Positions 11,575-22,244 of a DNA stretch of 36,515 nucleotides are shown one piece after another (position 1 is the first letter of the stretch; every line of letters starts with the position of its first letter). The DNA comes from Octopus bimaculoides (lineage: Eukaryota): assembly GCF_001194135.2 (NCBI RefSeq), contig NC_068988.1, positions 58,084,382 to 58,120,896 on the forward strand. Reading direction: 5' to 3'. The translations under genes and the position numbers were made by a program. Below the pieces are notes generated by a model. That model was not told the DNA's origin. It ran no database searches and saw only the letters and a list, made by a program, of their open reading frames with translations.

Positions 11575-11792
11575 TTCGTGTCTGTGTTTATTCCCATCAC
11601 CATCGTTTGACAACCGATGTTGGTGTGTTTACGTCCCCTTTACTTAGTGGTTCAGCCAAAGAGACTGATAGAATAAGTACTAGGCTTACAAATAATAAGT
11701 CCTGGGGTTGATTTCTTTGACTAAAAAGACCCTTTAAGGCAGTGCTCCAGCATGGCCACAATCAAATGACTGAAACAAGTAAAAGAATAAAA
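11575..11792 (+). mobile_element. SINE family A 3' half
   Basis: Aligns with 40-232. Confidence 0.85.
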
Positions 11793-11829
11793 GAATATAC
11801 ACGCATACACACACACGCATGCACACAAA

Positions 11830-12000
11830 CATACGATGGGCTTCTTTCGGTTTCTGTCTACCAATTCCACTCACAAGGCTTTGGTCAGCCCGAGGCTATA
11901 ATAGAAGACACCTGCCTAAAGTGTCACGCAGTGGGACTGAACCCGGAACCATGTGGCTGGTAAGCAAACTTTTTACCACACAGCCATGCCTCCCCCTATA
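11830..12000 (-). mobile_element. SINE family A 5' half (tRNA-like head)
   Basis: Near-identical to 34122-34278. Confidence 0.85.
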
Positions 12001-12435
12001 ATGATGTGAAATATCTACCAAAAAATGGAACAATTGAATTGGTATTTCCTGCAAGTCATGGTGCCACAATACACTTCAATACACTTGAAATATTCTCAAC
12101 TAAAATTAGTTCCAAAGACCACATTCCTCAACAAAAGATAAATTGGTATGTAAAACTGCTTTCTGTAGTTAAGGGCAATGAAATTTTGAGGAGAGGGGGA
12201 CATACTTAATTTTTGCTGTAAAGTGGTAAAGATAGCAAGGGTGTGACTTGAGGAAAGTTTGACTGCTATTTTAGGCCAATCAGGCAACCACACAGGGGTC
12301 TTCCAGACAATATATGTTCCTGTATTGTGTGTGTATGTGTGTTCCAGTAGACTAGTTTGTAATCGAATGCCCTCTCCTGTCCTTGTTATATTTCCTTCCA
12401 TCATTCTTGTATGGTTAAACATGTAATCACATCCA

Positions 12436-12455
12436 TTAAGCCTTTCTGTCTATTT

Positions 12456-12502
<47 letters not shown>

Positions 12503-12807
12503 ACTGTTTGTCTGAATCTCTCCCTTCCTCTCCACCTCCCCCCTCTCTCTTGCTCGTTCTTGGAATAATTTCCTGTAAACAATTTAATAGTTGATTGATT
12601 CTCTGCCAAAATAATGAATAACTTCACAATAGGGTTCACTTAGGACTTGCTACCTCCCTTTCTCTACACCTGTTTCTCTCTCTTCTAATCTCTGATTCAC
12701 TCTTCCCTCTTCCTCCTCCTCTTCTTCCATTTCAGTCTTTCGTTCTCCGTTCTTCTCTCTCTTTTTCTCTGTTTCTCTCTTTTGATCTCTGTCTCTCTCT
12801 TTTCTCA
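12436..12807. repeat. (CT)n-rich polypyrimidine tracts, followed after the gap by (ACAT)n/(AC)n
   Basis: Direct reading. Confidence 0.85.
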
Positions 12808-13233
12808 NNNNNNNNNNNNNNNNNNNNNNNNNNNNNNNNNNNNNNNNNNNNNNNNNNNNNNNNNNNNNNNNNNNNNNNNNNNNNNNNNNNNNNNNNNNNN
12901 NNNNNNNNNNNNNNNNNNNNNNNNNNNNNNNNNNNNNNNNNNNNNNNNNNNNNNNNNNNNNNNNNNNNNNNNNNNNNNNNNNNNNNNNNNNNNNNNNNNN
13001 NNNNNNNNNNNNNNNNNNNNNNNNNNNNNNNNNNNNNNACACACACAAACATACATACATGCATACACACATACACATACATACATACATATATACATAC
13101 ATGCATGCATACATACATACATATATACATACATACATACATACATATATACATACACACACATGTACACACATCTACATACATACACACATACATAATA
13201 CATACACGCACATACATACATACATAAATACAT

Positions 13234-13264
<31 letters not shown>

Positions 13265-13494
13265 TCTATACTCACGCATAGATTCCTAACCTCTCTCTTT
13301 CCCTAGTTTCATTCTATCGCTCTCACTAGATAATCTCTCTTTCCTTTAGATTCACACCCTCTCTCTCCCTCCTCTCTCTTTCACGCAGACGTAAATACAC
13401 ACACACACACACATCTGTAGCCACACTCTTGTTTTAATCCCATCCTCTCACCTTCACTTGCTAATCTTTCTTCCTCTTGTATTTACAACCCCAC

Positions 13495-13569
<75 letters not shown>

Positions 13570-13784
13570 TTCATTAGTTCTGTCCTCTCACCCCCACTAG
13601 CTAATTTCTCTCTCCCTCTCTTTATTTTACAACCTCCCTCTCTATCACCTCCTCCCATGCCAGTCTCTTAGTAATGCAATTTTGTGCATAAGATATACTG
13701 TAATTGAAATGGTTTCAGCTGTATGTACTTCTGCATCAACTCCTGCAATTTTCATCATTGCTACTGCACATATCATACTATATG

Positions 13785-14250
13785 TGTGTGTTCTGGCGCC
13801 TGTGCCAGTGGAGCACTAACAGCACTGTCCGAGCATGATCATTGCCAGAACAGCTGTCTGGCTTCCGTGCCAGTGGCATGTAAATAGCACCATTTTAGCG
13901 TGATCGTTACCAGTGTCGCCTTACTGGCACTTGTGCTGGTGGCACATTAGAAAACATTTGAGCGAGGTCGTTGCCAGTGCCACTGGACTGGCCCCTGTGC
14001 AGGTAACACGTAAAAAACACCATTTTGAGCATGGCCGTTGCCAGTACCGGTAGACTGGCTCTCATACTGGTGGCACGTAAAAGCATCCACTACACTCTTG
14101 GAGTGGTTGGCGTTAGGAAGGGCATCCAGCTGTAGAAACTCTGCCAAATCAGATTGGAGCCTGGTGCAGCCATCTGGTTCGCCAGTCCCCAGTCAAATCG
14201 TTCAACCCATGCTAGCATGGAAAGCGGACGTTAAACGATGATGATGATGA
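13785..14250 (+). mobile_element. 5'-truncated RTE-type retroelement 3' region with about 65-bp internal subrepeats and (GAT)n tail
   Basis: Subrepeat cores at 13802, 13867, 13933, 13997 and 14064; conserved GGAGTGGTTGGCGTTAGGAAGGGCATCCAGCTGTAGAAAC block; CATGGAAAGCGGACGTTAAACGATGATG tail. Confidence 0.8.
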
Positions 14251-14531
14251 TATATATANNNNNNNNNNNNNNNNNNNNNNNNNNNNNNNNNNNNNNNNNN
14301 NNNNNNNNNNNNNNNNNNNNNNNNNNNNNNNNNNNNNNNNNNNNNNNNNNNNNNNNNNNNNNNNNNNNNNNNNNNNNNNNNNNNNNNNNNNNNNNNNNNN
14401 NNNNNNNNNNNNNNNNNNNNNNNNNNNNNNNNNNNNNNNNNNNNNNNNNNNNNNNNNNNNNNNNNNNNNNNNNNNNNNNNNNNNNNNNNNNNNNNNNNNN
14501 NNNNNNNNNNNNNNNNNNNNNATGTATATGT

Positions 14532-14576
<45 letters not shown>

Positions 14577-14636
14577 AATGTATATGTTGTCCAATCCATG
14601 TCAGCATTGAAAAGGGATGTTGAATGATGATGATGA

Positions 14637-14672
<36 letters not shown>

Positions 14673-14819
14673 CGTGTACAGGAATGCTTAAAAAGAAGCA
14701 AGTACATTTGGAAGTAAGCAAACTACTGCATCAGACAGGTTGAAATTAATCACCATTGTCATCGTGATTGTCATCATGACCATTATGATGATGATGATCA
14801 TCGTCATCATCATCATCAT

Positions 14820-15030
14820 TGTTATTGTGGTCATCATCATCATTATCTCACTGAATGACCCTTTTCCCATGCTTGTGTGGGTCAGATGGAATTTGTCAAG
14901 GCAGGTTTTCTACAGCCAGGTGTCTTTCCTGTTGCCAACCCTCACTAGTTTCCAAGCAAAGCAACATTTCCCCTTGGCCGGACGTATTTTTCACAGAAGA
15001 CAGGAAATGAACAGCCTCGCTTTATATGCA
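14820..15030 (-). mobile_element. SINE 3' fragment with RTE-like tail
   Basis: Reverse complement aligns with 18230-18420. Confidence 0.7.
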
Positions 15031-15044
15031 AGACATGTCTCCTA

Positions 15045-15653
15045 GATGGAGAGGAGCACATCATCAGTGATCTAACTGGGGTCATTGGGTATTTTGGGTC
15101 TTTCAGCTCCTGACAGTCTTGCCATGGCAGTCCAGCTGGTGATCAGACTCTTCTCTGCATCCCAACAGCAACAGCCTTCCTAATCCAGAGAAACTGGTCG
15201 TTTCCTCTGCAACTTCACTTTACAGTTCTCTTCTTTGTAAAACCCAGGCAGTCAAGGATTTTGCAGAGTGAAGGTTGTCTAAAAGTCCTTGCAGCCTGCA
15301 TGTTATAGGGTCACAGTATGTTTCCATCCTGTGTTCTGGGGCTTCTCTACGTTTCCTCTCATCCACTTTGTCAGTACACTTTTCCCAGGGTCCTTTTGTT
15401 GTTGCACCTGTGAGGATTTTTTTTCTGGTTGGGGCAATGTTGGAACTATATGTTCAGCTGTTTGCCCAAATCAACATGCAATTGATTTGGGCAAACAGTT
15501 CCATGTTTGCCCCAAACATGGAGCTGTTTTGGGCAAATATCCTGTGTAGAAGCCTTCCTTTGTATTTGCTTGTGGATGCAGTTTTACTCCAGTTTTGACA
15601 AAATTAAATTGACTTTTTTGTAGTGTTGTGGTGTTTGTTAGCACAGATGGCAT
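15045..15653 (-). pseudogene. Decayed C-terminus and 3' UTR of a REL-endonuclease non-LTR retrotransposon (HERO-like, R2 group)
   Basis: Frameshifted minus-strand translation gives FVKTG..GYLPKTA, VDLGKQL, IVPT..P, KKIL....GPWEKCTDKVDERKR, GWK-YCDPI-GCKDF and ILDCLGFTKKR..FLWIRK. The motif order matches HERO-type ORF ends as I know them (VDLGKQL-RPD-ELTVPWE-HERK-GW-EVGCRGF-WLWL). Confidence 0.7.
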
Positions 15654-15654
15654 G

Positions 15655-15812
15655 TCTGTGCTGGTGGCATGTAAAAAGCACCTACCACACCAAAGTGGTT
15701 GGCATTAGGAAGGGTGTCCAGCCATAGAATCTCAGGCCACAAGAGACAATTGGAGTCTGGCCATCCAACCCATGCCAGCATGGAAAATGGATGTTAAATG
15801 ATGATGATGACC
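15655..15812 (+). mobile_element. Short RTE-type 3' fragment with (GAT)n tail
   Basis: One subrepeat core, a GTGGTTGGCATTAGGAAGGG block and the tail. Confidence 0.7.
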
Positions 15813-15971
15813 ATGATGTTTGTAACTAATCTCTTAGCAACTGCCCTTAGCCCTTAAGCATTCAGATTTCAAATGGTAAGGCTTATTTATCCACATCGTT
15901 TCCATTAACTCCTTCAGTCATGGATAAAAAAGTAAAACTATTTTTTAATTTTTATTTTTTGTTTCACTGTG

Positions 15972-16066
15972 TGGCACCCTGGGCCGGTGTCTGCTACTAT
16001 ATAGCCTCGAGCCGACCAAAGTCTTGTGAGTGGATTTGGTAGACAGAAACTGAAAGAAGCCCATCT

Positions 16067-16101
<35 letters not shown>

Positions 16102-16218
16102 ATGTGTGTGCCTGTGTTTGTCCCCCCCCACCATTGCTTGACAACCGATGTTGGTGGGTTTATGCCCCCATAGCTTAGTGGTTCGGCAAAAGAGACTGAT
16201 AGTATAAGTACTAGGCAT
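15972..16218 (+). mobile_element. SINE family A, truncated at both ends
   Basis: Reverse-complement match to 33980-34215. Confidence 0.8.
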
Positions 16219-16299
16219 GACTGCTGTGAAATAAACAAATAAAAGAATAAAAACATAAAATGCAAGGCATCATCGTCAACTTGGATAAGGAAACAGATA

Positions 16300-16355
16300 T
16301 GATGGAAGTCTTGTGAGTAGATTTGGTAGAGGGAAACTGAATGAAGCCTGTCATA

Positions 16356-16401
<46 letters not shown>

Positions 16402-16552
16402 TTTGTGTCCTGTTTGCTCCATAACTTAGCGGTTCAACGATAGGAATGGATAGAGTAAGTACCAGGCTTAAAGAGTACTGAGGTTGATTTGTTTGAATAA
16501 AATTCTTCTAGGCAGTGACCCAGCATGGCCTCAGTCTAATGACTGAAACAAG
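16300..16552 (+). mobile_element. Second, more decayed family A copy in tandem
   Basis: CTTGTGAGTAGATTTGGTAGA..GAAACTGAA and CAGCATGGCC..AGTCTAATGACTGAAACAAG blocks. Confidence 0.7.
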
Positions 16553-17775
16553 ATATATATATATGTATGTATGTATATTTGTGGGCATGAGTTTTGCGTG
16601 TGTGTGTGTGTGTGTGTATGTACATGCATGTGTGTGTATGTGTGTGTGAAGCGTATGTTCTCTGTTCTGTATGCTTTTTTAACCTTTGGCCTTTCTTGCA
16701 ATCCTTCACTAAATTCTTCCATCTGTTTTGAACCCTGCTCCTCGATATTTTCCTGTTGCTACCTGCCACTACCACACCAATACAATCACTGCCATCAACA
16801 CCACCACCACCACCACCACCACCACCANNNNNNNNNNNNNNNNNNNNNNNNNNNNNNNNNNNNNNNNNNNNNNNNNNNNNNNNNNNNNNNNNNNNNNNNN
16901 NNNNNNNNNNNNNNNNNNNNNNNNNNNNNNNNNNNNNNNNNNNNNNNNNNNNNNNNNNNNNNNNNNNNNNNNNNNNNNNNNNNNNNNNNNNNNNNNNNNN
17001 NNNNNNNNNNNNNNNNNNNNNNNNNNNNNNNNNNNNNNNNNNNNNNNNNNNNNNNNNNNNNNNNNNNNNNNNNNNNNNNNNNNNNNNNNNNNNNNNNNNN
17101 NNNNNNNNNNNNNNNNNNNNNNNNNNNNNNNNNNNNNNNNNNNNNNNNNNNNNNNNNNNNNNNNNNNNNNNNNNNNNNNNNNNNNNNNNNNNNNNNNNNN
17201 NNNNNNNNNNNNNNNNNNNNNNNNNNNNNNNNNNNNNNNNNNNNNNNNNNNNNNNNNNNNNNNNNNNNNNNNNNNNNNNNNNNNNNNNNNNNNNNNNNNN
17301 NNNNNNNNNNNNNNNNNNNNNNNNNNNNNNNNNNNNNNNNNNNNNNNNNNNNNNNNNNNNNNNNNNNNNNNNNNNNNNNNNNNNNNNNNNNNNNNNNNNN
17401 NNNNNNNNNNNNNNNNNNNNNNNNNNNNNNNNNNNNNNNNNNNNNNNNNNNNNNNNNNNNNNNNNNNNNNNNNNNNNNNNNNNNNNNNNNNNNNNNNNNN
17501 NNNNNNNNNNNNNNNNNNNNNNNNNNNNNNNNNNNNNNNNNNNNNNNNNNNNNNNNNNNNNNNNNNNNNNNNNNNNNNNNNNNNNNNNNNNNNNNNNNNN
17601 NNNNNNNNNNNNNNNNNNNNNNNNNNNNNNNNNNNNNNNNNNNNNNNNNNNNNNNNNNNNNNNNNNNNNNNNNNNNNNNNNNNNNNNNNNNNNNNNNNNN
17701 NNNNNNNNNNNNNNNNNNNNNNNNNNNNNNNNNNNNNNNNNNNNNNNNNNNNNNNNNNNNNNNNNNNNNNNNNNN

Positions 17776-18050
17776 GTAGTAGTGGTTGTAGTAGCAGTGG
17801 CAGTGGTGTATGTAGTAGTGGTAGTAGCTGTAGTAATGATTGTGGTGGTTGCAGTAGTAGTAGTAGTAGTGATAATAGTTGCAGTATTAGTAATGGTTGT
17901 AGTAGTAGTAGTGATGGTGGTGGTTGTAGTAGTGGTAGTAATTGTGGTAGTAGTAGTAGTGATGGTGGTTGTAGTAGTAATGGTAGTGGCTATAAGTGAT
18001 GGAAGCTGTAGTAGTAGTGGTGGTGGTAGTAGTATTAGTTGTGGTTTATT
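17776..18050. repeat. Degenerate (GTA/GGT)n trinucleotide tract
   Basis: Direct reading. Confidence 0.9.
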
Positions 18051-18189
18051 ACAGCAGCCCTTAGCTCTTCAGTTTTTCTAAGCCCTGTAGAAAAACTCGG
18101 AAGGTTGGGCCACCAACCAGGCCTTTCATGATACCCTTAAAGCCAGGAACTTTTCAGCATTCCCTTATATGTTTGTGCATATCCTTGTC

Positions 18190-18420
18190 TCAGTATCATG
18201 TGATGATTGTAAACGAGCCTCCTTGTTATAAGGGAGAGGTTGTTTGTTTCCAGTCTTCCATGGAAAAGCATATCTGGCCCTGGAGAAAATATTACCCTTG
18301 CTTGGAAAGTAGGGAGTGTTGGTGACTGGAAGGGCATCTGATCATAGAAAATCTGCCTCAGCAAGTTTCATCTGACCCATGCAGGCATGGAAAAAATGGA
18401 CATTAGAGCAAAACGGTGAA
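18190..18420 (+). mobile_element. SINE 3' fragment whose (GAT)n tail runs into the adjacent tract
   Basis: GGAAGGGCATC..TAGAAAATCTGCC..CCCATGCA.GCATGGAAAA block. Confidence 0.7.
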
Positions 18421-18958
18421 GACGACAATGGCAATGATGATGATGATGATGATAATGGTGATGATGACGATGATGATGACAACAACAATAATAACGATGA
18501 TGATGACGATGATAAGGACAATGATGTTGATGACAGTGGTGACGACAAGGACAATGATGATGACGACAAAAAGAACAACAACAATGATGATGTTGATGAT
18601 GATGATGCCAGTGATGATGATGACGACAAAAAGAACAACAACAACGATGATGTTGATGATGATGATGCCAGTGATGATGATGACAATGAGGACAGCATCA
18701 ACAATGATGACGATGACAAAGACAATGATGATGATGGCGATGGTGATGATGAGGATAATGGTGATGACAACGACGATGAGGATAATGTTAATGATGACGA
18801 TGATGACGACGATGATGATGATAAGAATAATGTTGATGATGACGACGACGATGATGATGATAAGGACAATGTTGATGATGACGATGATGACGACAAAGAG
18901 GACAACGATGACGACAACAGCAACAACAACAACAACAGCAATGATGACGATGACGACA
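18420..18958. repeat. Degenerate (GAT/GAC/AAC)n tract with an internal 60-bp duplication
   Basis: Sequence from about 18555 recurs at about 18615 (period 60). Confidence 0.9.
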
Positions 18959-19399
18959 GTTATCCATTTTAGTCATTCTGTTAACTTTTCCATCACTTCC
19001 TTTATTGGAGAAGCAGCAGCCGAACAACTTGTACAAACCTAAAGCAATTTTTTTTCTTTTTTCTTTTAAACTATTTCGTTTTCTTTTTTTTCTCTCGTTA
19101 CCTTTTGTAAACTAACGATGTAATTTTTACTTTCTCTGCTTCCTCATCAAACCATTGCTGGTTGAGATTTGTATTTTATTTTATTTTATTTCGTTATGTT
19201 TTATATTTATTTTCTATTTCGTTATTGCTTCTGCTGTTTTAAGCGTTGTGGTTTGTCATAGGTTAAACAGTTTATCTTTTATCTGACATTAAGATTAAAA
19301 GTAGTGAAAGTTAAGGGGGGTTTTGTTTTTGGTTTCGTTGTTTTATTTTTTTGTTTTGTTGTGTTTTTGGTGTTTAATTTTCCTTTGCTTTTCGCTGAT

Positions 19400-20010
19400 C
19401 ATCATATCATCATCATTATCATCATCATCGTTACCACCACCATCATCATCATCATTGTTACCACCACCTCTACCATCATTGTCATCACTATCATCATCGT
19501 CACCACTATCATCATCGTCATCACTACTGCAATCATCATCATCCATCTCATTGTCATCACCATCGTTATCACCATGTCATCATCACCACCACCACCACCA
19601 GCATCACCACCACCACCACCATCATCATTGTCATCATCATCACTCCTGCAATCATCATCATCCATCTCATTGTCATCACCATCATCATCATTGTCACCAT
19701 GTCATCATCACCACCACCACCACCAACATCATCACCACCGCTACCACCACCACCACCACCACCACCATTGCCATCATCATCACTACTGCAATCATCATCA
19801 TCATCATCATCATCCTCCTCCTCCACATTATCATCACCATGTCATCACCACCACCACCACCACCACCACCACCACCATCATTGATGCCATCAGTATCATC
19901 ATCGTCATCTTTTTCCTCTTCCTCCTACTCTTCATCATCATTTTTATCCTCCTCCTCTTTGTCAGCTTCCACTTTCTCCTTCTCATCATTATTGTCATCA
20001 TCATCATCAT
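19400..20010. repeat. Degenerate (CAT/CAC)n tract
   Basis: Direct reading. Confidence 0.9.
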
Positions 20011-20234
20011 TAACTAAACGGTTGTTGAATTCAAATTTGAATGTAAAAAAACTAAAATGGTCGACCTGGAACGTGGACATTTGAAATACAAAACTTTAAA
20101 GAAAATAAATAATGAAAATATAAAACTCAACAAAATAAAACAAAATAAATGCCCCCCTCTCCTCCACACCCCAAGAAACAATTAAGCTTGCAATGCAGTT
20201 TGGTTAACCAGGAGAAAATAACCTCCCCCCACTG

Positions 20235-20630
20235 CAATCATCATCTTTACCACATCATTGTCGTCACCACTATTGCCACCACAACCAATACCACCACCAC
20301 CACCACCACCATTGCTGTTGCCACCATCACCACAACTACAACAATCAGCACCACCACCATCTTCTCCACCCCCACCATCGACATTGCTAGCACCACCATC
20401 ATTGCCACCATCACCACCATCACCCTCATCACCATCAGCCTCGCCACCCCCACCCTCACCACCTTCACCATCACCATCTTTACTACTACTACTACTACCA
20501 CCACCATTGCTGTTGCTACCAGCACCACAAACAGAGCCATCACCACCATCACCACCATCACCATCACCATCACGACGACGACGACGACCACCACCACCAC
20601 CACCACCACCACTACCACAACCACAACTAA
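20235..20630. repeat. Degenerate (CAC/ACC/TAC)n tract
   Basis: Direct reading. Confidence 0.9.
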
Positions 20631-20636
20631 CATGCA

Positions 20637-20919
20637 AGCAAGAGAACCCAGTCATGGCTGTCAGGCAATTTCTGCAACCACATGACTCCTAACATCTGGC
20701 CACCTAACCCCACCAGACTGCAACCCCCTTGATTATTATGTATGGGGTGCAGTTGAGCGAAAGATCAACAAAGCTCCTTGTAAGACCAAAGATGAACTGA
20801 AGGCAAGGATTATGGCAGCATTCACCAACTTAAACAAGGACACTGTCCAGAAGAGTTGCAGGAAATTCTAAAGTCATTTGGAGGCTGTGGTTGAAGCCAA
20901 TGGCAATTTTATTCAATAA
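20637..20919 (+). pseudogene. Tc1/mariner transposase C-terminal remnant, DD37D (maT)-type
   Basis: SKRTQSWLSGNFCNHMTPNIWPPNP-(+1 frameshift)-PDCNPLDYYVWGAVERKINKAPCKTKDELKARIMAAFTNLNKDTVQKSCRKF*SHLEAVVEANGNFIQ*; the subterminal region runs into the gap at 21021. Confidence 0.85.
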
Positions 20920-21359
20920 ATTTACTCTTTAGTATTTCAAGATATTTTTATGTAATGTTGGTAAATATATCTGTTAAAATGAGATCTCAGTGTTATTTTC
21001 CTTTTTGCATAATTTAAACANNNNNNNNNNNNNNNNNNNNNNNNNNNNNNNNNNNNNNNNNNNNNNNNNNNNNNNNNNNNNNNNNNNNNNNNNNNNNNNN
21101 NNNNNNNNNNNNNNNNNNNNNNNNNNNNNNNNNNNNNNNNNNNNNNNNNNNNNNNNNNNNNNNNNNNNNNNNNNNNNNNNNNNNNNNNNNNNNNNNNNNN
21201 NNNNNNNNNNNNNNNNNNNNNNNNNNNNNNNNNNNNNNNNNNNNNNNNNNNNNNNNNNNNNNNNNNNNNNNNNNNNNNNNNNNNNNNNNNNNNNNNNNNN
21301 NNNNNNNNNNNNNNNNNNNNNNNNNNNNNNNNNNNNNNNNNNNNNNNNNNNNNTATATA

Positions 21360-21700
21360 TTATTCGAGCGTGCTGGATGCGAGTGTTACCTGACTGCCAG
21401 TGGCATGTAAAAAGCACCATTCGAGTGTGGTTGATGCCAGTGCTGCCTGACTGGTTCCCATACCAGTGGCATGGAAAAAGCTCCATTCGAGCGTGGTCAA
21501 TGCCAGTGCCGGTGGCATGTAAAAAGTACCTACTACACTCTTGGAGTGGTTGGCGTTAGGAAGGGCATCCAGCTGTAGAAACCTTGCCAGATCAGATTGG
21601 AGCCTGGTGTAGCCTTCTGGCTTGCCAGCCCTCAGTCAAACTGTCCAACCCATGCCAGCATGTAAGGCAGACGTTAAACGATGATGATGGTGATGATGAT
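21360..21700 (+). mobile_element. RTE-type 3' region with subrepeats and (GAT)n tail
   Basis: TTCGAG-starting units at 21363, 21420 and 21486; same conserved block and tail as 13785. Confidence 0.8.
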
Positions 21701-21715
21701 GGTATACGAGTGTAT

Positions 21716-21777
<62 letters not shown>

Positions 21778-22066
21778 ACATATGCAAATTTAATTCAATC
21801 TGACCCATGCAATCATGGAAAAGTGGATGTTAAATGATGATGATCTCTGTCTCTGTTTATATGTATATATGTGTGTATATGAGTTTACATGTGTGTGTGT
21901 GTGTGTATATATATGTAAATATATGTGTATGCGTACATATATTACACACATATGTCCACACATATATATAGATAGATATAGATATGAATATATCCATGTA
22001 TGATTATCTGTGTGTATCTGTGTGTGTGTATCTATGTCTGTGTATCTGTGTGCATGTGTGTGTGTG

Positions 22067-22101
<35 letters not shown>

Positions 22102-22231
22102 GTAAGAGGAAGAGAAACGCTAGAGCGGCAGATTGCGACCGAGTTAACAAGTAAAGAAAGAAGATGAGTTGCATCTCAGTATCACGTCGTTGTGCAGTTG
22201 TCATCTACATGCAGTAACATCAACACCTCTG

Positions 22232-22244
22232 AGATCGGAAGAGC
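22232..22244 (+). other. Illumina adapter AGATCGGAAGAGC (assembly contamination)
   Basis: Exact 13-mer ending precisely at the edge of gap 22245-22480. Confidence 0.85.

Noticed and set aside
15050-15100. CTGATGA in the HERO-like 3' UTR as a hammerhead core
   Set aside because: No GAAA, helix III or cleavage triplet in a workable arrangement
18379-19042. 197-aa Asp/Asn-rich and 208-aa Met/Thr-rich ORFs resembling acidic biomineral proteins
   Set aside because: They start inside a SINE 3' end and continue through its expanded (GAT)n tail; overlapping frames are open, as expected for trinucleotide slippage
19304-20692. His/Ser/Thr/Pro-rich ORFs
   Set aside because: Multiple frames on both strands are open, which is the signature of (CAT/CAC)n tracts
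22158-22206. Pre-miRNA-like hairpin AGATGA...TCATCT
   Set aside because: Only about 13 bp with several G-U pairs and a bulge; no conserved miRNA that I recognise here or elsewhere in the window
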